From NCBI GenBank assembly GCA_001604385.1, contig LVBK01000009.1, positions 23,195 through 87,194 of the forward strand: a DNA stretch of 64,000 nt. Direction: 5' to 3'. The notes under the pieces are model-generated. The model was given only the letters and a program-made list of their open reading frames with translations, was not told the DNA's origin and did not search any database. Position 1 is the stretch's first letter; each line of letters opens with the position of its first letter. A program made the translations under genes and the position numbers. Shown piece after piece: positions 57,065-64,000 of this stretch. The DNA is from Spirochaetales bacterium Spiro_09. Its GTDB lineage: Bacteria; Spirochaetota; Spirochaetia; Treponematales; Treponemataceae.

Positions 57065-57867
57065 TGCGATTCCTGTTGGCAATCAGTATCAGCTTGCTGA
57101 CATGCGGCTGCACGGCTAACAATCTTGTAGCATTATGGCCTGATACGACAGATAATCTGGTTATCAGTATTATAGATCCGGCATCGAGTGTTCCCGTTAT
57201 TCTTGCAAATAATGAAAATGAAGTTCGCTTGCTTCTGGGTAATGCGGCATACTCCGTACAAAAAGAGAAATGGGATGTACTGGTTAATCACCTCGCTGCA
57301 CCAAGAACCGTCAGCCTTGTTAGTACACATCAGGAAGGAGTGTATGGGCTTGAGTCGGGCATCAGAGTACACATCCGGGCAACAGAAAGCCATACAAGAA
57401 AAATAAGGGATAAACTGCTGGTCTTCGGATTGCTTGACCCCACCGGACGGGAAGTTTTTTTTATGGAAGACCAGACCGGCCCGATATATCGCACAGACTC
57501 GGACATAGTATCTCTCCTGCGCGCAGAAACAGCATTCTGGATCCACAAAAAACCGCTGGAAGAACTTGTACGGTATAATCTTCTTTCTGTCTCGTATCTA
57601 TCAGAGCGCATCGGGAAACCTTTACATATTCCAATCACATCTGACGAATGGAAATCTTCCCTGGCGGCTTTTGCGGTAACTGATATCACCAATATACCAT
57701 TCAGAAGTCAGCATACCCTTCAATTCCATTTTGCGGATCATACTGATGTAATGGTAGAGTGGATGTCCGTTACACCGGAATTTGTCGCTGTCAGAATTGA
57801 AAACAAGACTGAACTATACATAGCATCCACTGATATGATCGACACATTTCCCCTGGATAACTTTTAA
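57064..57867 (+). CDS. DUF4340-like lipoprotein
   Basis: Lipobox-like 'LLTCGC', 'YGL', 'LVFG...PTG...F'; follows a GldG-like gene, as is usual for DUF4340. Confidence 0.6.
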   Translation: MRFLLAISISLLTCGCTANNLVALWPDTTDNLVISIIDPASSVPVILANNENEVRLLLGNAAYSVQKEKWDVLVNHLAAPRTVSLVSTHQEGVYGLESGIRVHIRATESHTRKIRDKLLVFGLLDPTGREVFFMEDQTGPIYRTDSDIVSLLRAETAFWIHKKPLEELVRYNLLSVSYLSERIGKPLHIPITSDEWKSSLAAFAVTDITNIPFRSQHTLQFHFADHTDVMVEWMSVTPEFVAVRIENKTELYIASTDMIDTFPLDNF

Positions 57868-57888
57868 CAGGGACACAGAACGTGGTAT

Positions 57889-59178
57889 TCAGGAGAGGTC
57901 CTGAATATGCTCGGCTACAAAATTCCGGTACTTTTCCGGATTTGCCCGAAACGCAACAATGGGCAAGTCGGGCTCTTCACATGCCTTTCGAGCCGCACTC
58001 ACTGCTTCTTCAATCATCCGTGCCGCGCCAAGCAGACGGGCGGTTCGGGTTGTTATGCCAATAGTAATTCTGCCGGTATAGCCCATTTCCATAATAAGGG
58101 TATCAATTTCTGCATAAAGGGCATCCGCCGTTTTCATGGCCTGATCAAGATGTACGTTTTGCAATATTCCCGCAAAACCATCCTGGGCGAATTCAAACAG
58201 CATGTCACGAAATTTAAATGTCTGTAATAAAATGGCTGATACTTTTCTTGCCAATAAATCTGTTCGGGCAAGACCGGCAATACGGACAATAACTAGCGAT
58301 AAATCCTGTTCAGAAGATGCGGCCCTGACCAATTCTGCGTCAAGACGTTCTTCAAGATATTGCTGCCAACCAATCCCCGTGATAGGGGAAAATAAACCCT
58401 CAGGTGTATTTGTCGGAGGTTCGGCATCTTCGAGGCAATGACGTTCAGTTTCCGGGGGAGATTCGTTGTCCTGTATGTCGTCTGCAACGATGGTTGTGTC
58501 AGGTTGTACGCTGAGCGACGATTCATCCGCTTCCATATCGAATGGCTCTATTGTATCCTGTGGACTGGTATATCCCGCTGCAGAACTCGTTACTGTTAAG
58601 GGTGTCTCTTCTCCAGCCACCGGATAGCTGGCAGGAACCGTTTTTCGTTCGTCCGATCCCGATACTATGAGCACAATTACCGTCAACAATAATACTGCCA
58701 AAATTATCATGAAGGAATTCCGGCTCGCCGCGAAAACGCTGTCACTTTTAATTACTGCCAGTGCTGATGTCATTATTACGCTTCCCGATCGACCATCACC
58801 GATATCAAGACCCCGACTGAACACCCTGGTGAGAAGACCGGTGTCACTTATACCGGTTCGGCCAGAATCCTCAAGGACAAAAAGTGGCGATGCAGGAGGC
58901 CAGGCAAAAACAGTTCCTGAAGGACCATTGATAACAACTGCTGAAAGATAGGAGGATTGATGGCAGATCGCGGAAAGGCGGGCGATATATGCATCGCTCA
59001 TAAAGCCTTCTGCAAGCGAGGCGATCTCTGCTTCGCGTGACAACCATGAAAAGGTCTTTTCGGCTTCACTGGATCCTCTTCTGATTTCAGACGATATTAC
59101 GCTTATAAACCAGACGACAGAAAAAATTACAACCAGTAAAGCAATCACTCCATATGCGGTAATATACTTATTCTTCAT
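57889..59178 (-). CDS. membrane protein with degenerate GGDEF-like domain
   Basis: Two TMs around a periplasmic domain, acidic linker, 'SPITGI....LEERLDAELVRA....DLSL', active-site position 'FAQDGF', 'ITIGIT'. Confidence 0.75.
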   Translation of the reverse strand: MKNKYITAYGVIALLVVIFSVVWFISVISSEIRRGSSEAEKTFSWLSREAEIASLAEGFMSDAYIARLSAICHQSSYLSAVVINGPSGTVFAWPPASPLFVLEDSGRTGISDTGLLTRVFSRGLDIGDGRSGSVIMTSALAVIKSDSVFAASRNSFMIILAVLLLTVIVLIVSGSDERKTVPASYPVAGEETPLTVTSSAAGYTSPQDTIEPFDMEADESSLSVQPDTTIVADDIQDNESPPETERHCLEDAEPPTNTPEGLFSPITGIGWQQYLEERLDAELVRAASSEQDLSLVIVRIAGLARTDLLARKVSAILLQTFKFRDMLFEFAQDGFAGILQNVHLDQAMKTADALYAEIDTLIMEMGYTGRITIGITTRTARLLGAARMIEEAVSAARKACEEPDLPIVAFRANPEKYRNFVAEHIQDLS

Positions 59179-60719
59179 TGATTGACAGTATATCGCTCAA
59201 TGAGTTCAAGCGCAAGATTAAATGAAAGACGGAGATTATGCTCCACTGCGGCGTTTTCTGCTCTCCGTTTATTCCAGGCAGCAAGCGGTAAAACTGTCTC
59301 CAACACTCTTGAATTGAGGGGATCCTGTTTGTCACGAAATAACAATTCGCGATATTCTTCCAGGAATCGGTTAAAAGGCCACTTGCCACTACTCCATACA
59401 GACTGTTTTTGCTGGAAGCGGAGCGATGTTGCGAACCGCGCATATGAATCCAGTACATCAGTGTGATAATCTATTTTTAATCCATTCCGTATGCTTCTGA
59501 CTTGAGTTCTGAACATAAGGTTAATCCATAATGTTTCATAAGGGCTGTAACGATCTACTTCTTTTCCGAAAATTGCATCAAGATAGGTTCCCCGTGCATA
59601 CGCCTTGCCGCCAGTATAGGCAAAATCGGCGCCTGTTAGTTCTATGTCGGTAAAGCCGGCTCTTTGAGCGGCATTATACGCAGCAAAGGTTACCGTACCC
59701 GAAGAAGTGTCCATTAATGGCAACGGTCCCCAGGAAGCGGCATATCGGGCAAGAGGATGATTTCCACAGGTAAAGACCGGTTGAATTCCTGATTTCACAG
59801 CAGAATGTGACAAAGCGGTTGATGCGCACAAATCCAGAATAACTTTTGTTTCAGGCGAAAAACCACGATATCCATGATACGCCGAATAGGGCTGGGCATC
59901 GATACTAACGAAGGCATCAGGCTTGATACCAAAAGAAAGGAGGCTTGAATACGCTGTATCTGTTGCAAAAATGTATACATCCTTACGACGTTTCTTGAGA
60001 AGATTAACAGACTGTTCAAGCGAAGGACCGGCAGCAGCGATAATTGCCGTCTTACCTGGTGTCGCTTCAGGAAATACACCGCATCCCTGTGAGGCAATTG
60101 CTAAATTACCCACAATGTTACGAAACCATTGTTTGCCAAAATGGGCTTGTACCGAATAATCAGCAGAAACAGAAGTCACAACCCGTTTCATGGACTGATC
60201 AAAGACATACCGATCGCGATCGAGTGAATCAAGCCAGGGTCTAAGTGCTATCACCAAAAAGTTACTGTGTAATACGGGAATCCATGAAGTAGCAATACGT
60301 TCAGCTAATTCCTCTGCATCAAGAAATATTATTTCCCGGACAGCTGTATTTTGAAAAAGATCCGACAGGGGAACAAGATCCAATAATTTCTTGAATGAAG
60401 AAGGATCGCGTTCAACAAGCACGCACGATGAGCCGGATACTGCCAAAAATTTCCGGATATGCTCGCCGGAACCTATGCCACCAAACACAACAAACGAATC
60501 TTCACCGGTGCCTTCAAGCAGCCGTGCGGTTTCGGCATCCTGATTGTAGAGGGAATGAACAGGTTTATCACCGGTAAGTGTAGGGACAACATTACCCGTT
60601 CTGCCACGAACCAGCCCGGTATAAAGGGAAGTTCCACATGCATTGTCAAGTACTCCGGCTACAGACGGGAAACGATCTAAAAGGGCCGTGAAATTACTGT
60701 CGTAATAACTAAAAGACAT
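59175..60719 (-). CDS. Maf/DUF115-family putative flagellin glycosyltransferase
   Basis: 'VHSLYN...E', 'GIGSG', 'FGKQWFRN', 'IAAAGPSLE', 'ATDTA', 'SIDAQ', 'GTVT..A', 'GADF'. Confidence 0.78.
   Translation of the reverse strand: MSFSYYDSNFTALLDRFPSVAGVLDNACGTSLYTGLVRGRTGNVVPTLTGDKPVHSLYNQDAETARLLEGTGEDSFVVFGGIGSGEHIRKFLAVSGSSCVLVERDPSSFKKLLDLVPLSDLFQNTAVREIIFLDAEELAERIATSWIPVLHSNFLVIALRPWLDSLDRDRYVFDQSMKRVVTSVSADYSVQAHFGKQWFRNIVGNLAIASQGCGVFPEATPGKTAIIAAAGPSLEQSVNLLKKRRKDVYIFATDTAYSSLLSFGIKPDAFVSIDAQPYSAYHGYRGFSPETKVILDLCASTALSHSAVKSGIQPVFTCGNHPLARYAASWGPLPLMDTSSGTVTFAAYNAAQRAGFTDIELTGADFAYTGGKAYARGTYLDAIFGKEVDRYSPYETLWINLMFRTQVRSIRNGLKIDYHTDVLDSYARFATSLRFQQKQSVWSSGKWPFNRFLEEYRELLFRDKQDPLNSRVLETVLPLAAWNKRRAENAAVEHNLRLSFNLALELIERYTVNQ
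59187..59215 (-). promoter_or_regulatory. internal sigma70-type promoter for the GGDEF-like gene
   Basis: TTGCGC-17-TATACT, then 8 nt to ATG 59178, inside the 3' end of the upstream maf-like gene. Confidence 0.5.
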
Positions 60720-62235
60720 ACTTGTGCATCCGGATATGTATTTTTTCCAAAAAACCGTCAACCGTCTCGACTATCTGCCGTGCCATACGTTCGGTATCCT
60801 CAGGCACAGACCCGCTATCAGTATCAAATCTGCTGAAGGTCAGGAGGTCTCGATAGACGGTATAATAAACTATGTCATGAAATACAGTGTTATTTTTCAT
60901 TTCACGAGAAAAAAGATGAGCTATACTTCCGGATAACAAGATTGACCGGCAAATAAGGCGTATCTCATGTATAAATGAAAGTATGCACTGTTTACGTTCA
61001 TTAGAAGGAGGAAGATTCACTGTCATCCAGTTGATCTGACTTTTTTGGGCAATCTTTTCCCTGCTCATTGCAACTTCAGGTGAAATTTCGGAATATCCCT
61101 GCAAACATCGGCCGGCAGGTGAAAGCCTTACAAGCCGTGAACCGAACCGTGTTGCGCGGCTTTCAAACCAGGCCGCATAGGCATCGAGCGATCTGCTGTC
61201 CCGGTTCTTCTCGTAATACCGGTATGCAAGAGGACTAAGCCTGTTGGAAGCGGCAACCAGCAAATGGTCCTGTAAATGGGGGCGACAGTGAGAGATAGAG
61301 GATCCTGTTTGTAAATCAAGGCCTGCGGTATAAATAGTGCCAGAAAAAAGTTCAAGAGCGATTTCCGCAGCAATACCGGTAACAGTTGCATTTCTTCTGG
61401 CTGCAAGTGTCCTGATCCCGCAACGTGACTGCAATTCTTTTTCAAGAGGACTGCCGAAATCGAGAATCATCATTTTTCTGTCAGCTGAACAGTCTTTTTG
61501 GAAAGCAGCCTCAAGCGGTAATGCTAAAATGGTATCGGGCTTCATACATGACAGATATCGGCCAGCCCAATAACCACCATCTGCCGCTATACATAGGTCC
61601 GGAGTAATAGAGTGAGCATGTAGAGCCTCGAGGGATGAAGAAACCGCTATAACCGGAAGATCGCTGTGATACCGGGATAAAATATTTTCAAGGGTTGGTC
61701 CGGAGGCAACAAGCACACAACCTCCTGCAGTAACAGTTGAGGGTAAAACCTGGGCAGGAACTGAGCATGAGTTGAATAGCATATTGGAAAACCAGCGCTT
61801 GCCAAATGCGCTTCTCGTATGCATAATGCTCTTTTGTAAATTTACAAAACCCGATACTGCGTTCCACACATATTGAGCTACTTCCGGCCAATAGCGTTCT
61901 GCCGGTTTCCAGGCCATAAAACACACAAGAGGAATATCCTCATCGGGTATACGAGAAAACAGGAAGGATTCCAAAGAAACGGAATCGGACGGACGCCATA
62001 CATAATGCCACAATTCATCAGTATCCACATAATGTTGGTCCTGATAACGGATTGCGATCCGGACAGCTTGCGGATACTGATTGCTAATTACATCGGACAG
62101 CCATGAATCACCCGGTTCCCCGACCACAACGTATTTAGGTTTATAGGATGGTTTGAAAGCAGAAAAAAAACGGAGTGCTTCTTTCTTCGGATCATATCTC
62201 GAGTGTAGTATCGGTGGTGCCTTAACGGCAGACAT
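60709..62235 (-). CDS. Maf/DUF115-family protein (second paralogue)
   Basis: 'LHSRYDPKKEA', 'FGKRWFSN', 'VASGPTL', 'DGGYWA', 'ATVTGIA', 'GLDL', 'HCRP'. Confidence 0.75.
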   Translation of the reverse strand: MSAVKAPPILHSRYDPKKEALRFFSAFKPSYKPKYVVVGEPGDSWLSDVISNQYPQAVRIAIRYQDQHYVDTDELWHYVWRPSDSVSLESFLFSRIPDEDIPLVCFMAWKPAERYWPEVAQYVWNAVSGFVNLQKSIMHTRSAFGKRWFSNMLFNSCSVPAQVLPSTVTAGGCVLVASGPTLENILSRYHSDLPVIAVSSSLEALHAHSITPDLCIAADGGYWAGRYLSCMKPDTILALPLEAAFQKDCSADRKMMILDFGSPLEKELQSRCGIRTLAARRNATVTGIAAEIALELFSGTIYTAGLDLQTGSSISHCRPHLQDHLLVAASNRLSPLAYRYYEKNRDSRSLDAYAAWFESRATRFGSRLVRLSPAGRCLQGYSEISPEVAMSREKIAQKSQINWMTVNLPPSNERKQCILSFIHEIRLICRSILLSGSIAHLFSREMKNNTVFHDIVYYTVYRDLLTFSRFDTDSGSVPEDTERMARQIVETVDGFLEKIHIRMHKYVF

Positions 62236-63176
62236 TATGACTCTCCGAAAAGAAAATGGGCAATATCCTGAAAGTCTTTAGAGATACTGACAGTGGAGAT
62301 CCCGAGCATGGAAATACGGTCTGTACCGAAAGCCTTCTTGAGGGGTACTAGTAAACCGGGAATATACAAGTCGGGATCAATCGGATTAATGGTAAAAAGA
62401 ACAACTCTCATTCGGTATTCTGCATCGACACGTATACAATGAGATGAGCCTATTTTTTTTGCAAGATAATGGGTAATAATTGAGTACAATCTATATTGCT
62501 CTATTGAACTGAGCATCCGGGCAAGGTCAGGAAACAGAGGCGAAAAATCTATCCAAAAATATGAAGCTGTTCTATCCAAAGAAAGTGAACTTCTAATGCG
62601 TTCAATATACGCGTCTTGTGATTGATTGATTGCAGTCGTCGGAATACACATTTCCAGCAATGAAATATGAGTTACTAATTGGGTACATAACATTGTGAGC
62701 GCATTATGAAGAATCAGACTCTCAGGCATTATCCGGTGAACATTAAGAAGTGAGTCAGCATACAAAAACCAGCACGGCCGTGATGGAAATAAATCTATGG
62801 TGGTAATGTACACGGCACGCAAACTGTCATATTCCCGTGAAGAAAAACATGAGTGAAGCGAATCATTGGCAGGTATTGAAATTTCATGAACTTTTGACCC
62901 GGTACAATAGCTATCAAGAACGGTTGGATCAAATGTCAGTCGCGAGATTGTAGTAAAATCAAAACCGGAAGAAACCAATACCCTTGACTGGTTATCATCT
63001 GACTTGCAAATGATAGCACAGCGTTCAATCCCTGTACCTTTGCACAAAGAATCGAACGCTTCCAGAAACATATCATACGGGGAAGAGTGAGTAATCCGGT
63101 GAAGCAAACCTCTTTTTTGGGCTGCAGGAAGACTGATTGTATTAATCTTCCCTTCAGCCTTTTTCATCAAACCCAT
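62235..63176 (-). CDS. hypothetical protein
   Basis: 313-aa ORF tightly coupled to both neighbours; no recognised motif. Confidence 0.65.
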   Translation of the reverse strand: MGLMKKAEGKINTISLPAAQKRGLLHRITHSSPYDMFLEAFDSLCKGTGIERCAIICKSDDNQSRVLVSSGFDFTTISRLTFDPTVLDSYCTGSKVHEISIPANDSLHSCFSSREYDSLRAVYITTIDLFPSRPCWFLYADSLLNVHRIMPESLILHNALTMLCTQLVTHISLLEMCIPTTAINQSQDAYIERIRSSLSLDRTASYFWIDFSPLFPDLARMLSSIEQYRLYSIITHYLAKKIGSSHCIRVDAEYRMRVVLFTINPIDPDLYIPGLLVPLKKAFGTDRISMLGISTVSISKDFQDIAHFLFGES

Positions 63177-63178
63177 AT

Positions 63179-64000
63179 TCAGCTGATTCCGAGTTCCTCA
63201 AACAATTTTTTATATACTTCAAAGTGTTCAGATCGGGCAAATTCCTGAATCTTTTCTTCCGGAAGACTTTCAAGCAGCTGATCCATGTATGTAAGCACAG
63301 ACTTTATTTCATCCTTTAAATCAAGGGGCAAAGCCTTTACGCTGGTGGTGGTGTCCTCACTCGAATCCGGTGCAACCTGGACATCAATACTATTCGTATC
63401 AATTTCGGTCATTTGACTTTCATCATCTTCGAAACTGATCTCTGTTTCAAACGGGTCTACGGATGTTTCTTGAGGTACTTCTATTTGGGGTGAAATATCG
63501 ATTGCCGCTTCTTCACTTATTGGTTCTACCGCGATATCTGTATCGATACTTTCATCGGTCTTCGTCAATATCTGTTCTTCAGGAAAATCTGATTCCAGAC
63601 CCGTCAAATCAATATTGAACTCATCAAGTTCCGGTTCCTGCAGATTTTCATCATCAAAATCAATTATTTCAAGTTCCGGTTCATCTATGGCAAGATTATC
63701 CATATCGGAATCGGAAATGTCAGACTCTTCAAGATAACTTAAATCATCTTCGACCTTGGTCACATGTTGAACCTCAACCTCCTCGGAGATAACAGCATCT
63801 TCAATCGAAAACACTGAATCAGGAAGGGTATCCGGAATGTCAAAGTCAGTCTCAGCGCTGTCCGTAACGGGTAAGTCCACACTTTCAATATCAACTTCCG
63901 TATTGGTATCAGTTTCTATGGGTGAATCCTGACTATCCATTTCTTGTGGAACTTCATTTTTTTCTTCGGTAAAATCTGCGGTAATAAGAATGTTATTCAA
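63179..64000 (-). CDS. highly acidic low-complexity protein with helical C-terminal domain (5' end outside window)
   Basis: Open frame to the window edge; D/E-rich repeats, then 'LKDEIKSVLTYMDQLLESLPEEKIQEFARSEHFEVYKKLFEELGIS'. Confidence 0.75.
   Translation of the reverse strand: MNNILITADFTEEKNEVPQEMDSQDSPIETDTNTEVDIESVDLPVTDSAETDFDIPDTLPDSVFSIEDAVISEEVEVQHVTKVEDDLSYLEESDISDSDMDNLAIDEPELEIIDFDDENLQEPELDEFNIDLTGLESDFPEEQILTKTDESIDTDIAVEPISEEAAIDISPQIEVPQETSVDPFETEISFEDDESQMTEIDTNSIDVQVAPDSSEDTTTSVKALPLDLKDEIKSVLTYMDQLLESLPEEKIQEFARSEHFEVYKKLFEELGIS

Noticed and set aside
1-64000. CRISPR arrays, tRNA/rRNA, IS elements, prophage or defence genes
   Set aside because: No repeat-spacer pattern, no intergenic room for structured RNAs beyond about 200 bp, and no transposase, integrase or nuclease motifs seen

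Overview
Gene-dense chromosomal window from a spirochaete, most likely Treponema-like. The evidence is a P83/100-family protein, a HLGN/KFSKS-type MetRS, FemX, paired Maf/DUF115 genes and a treponemal-style rluA-PAP2-rnf-GH57 block. Positions 1-25,000 are a surface-glycan locus, mostly on the minus strand. It holds a wHTH regulator, manC, a uronate epimerase, ugd, a Wzi-like protein, a PglK-type ABC flippase, about ten glycosyltransferases, a pyruvyltransferase, a TagF-like protein, a fused cytidylyltransferase/PLP enzyme and a CDP-alcohol phosphotransferase. It is driven by a sigma70-type promoter with a palindromic operator over the start site. The rest is housekeeping and envelope genes: aspC-like, glgA, the TIGR03546/TIGR03545 pair, rlmD, pcnB, rluA, metG, femX, rnz and a Gld-type ABC system. 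Four observations stand out. (i) An intact rnfCDGEAB-like operon has apparently lost its flavin, NADH and membrane Fe-S motifs, and is coupled to a PAP2-like protein, an unknown membrane protein and a GH57 lacking its catalytic residues. (ii) There is a probable CDP-aminoalcohol (serinol/ethanolamine-type) decoration module. (iii) At least eight genes have -10 boxes 6-8 nt before the start codon, suggesting leaderless mRNAs. (iv) There are two further probable pseudoenzymes, a gluzincin-TPR and a GGDEF. I saw no rRNA, tRNA, CRISPR array or mobile element. All family calls come from motif recognition by eye; no database searches were run.
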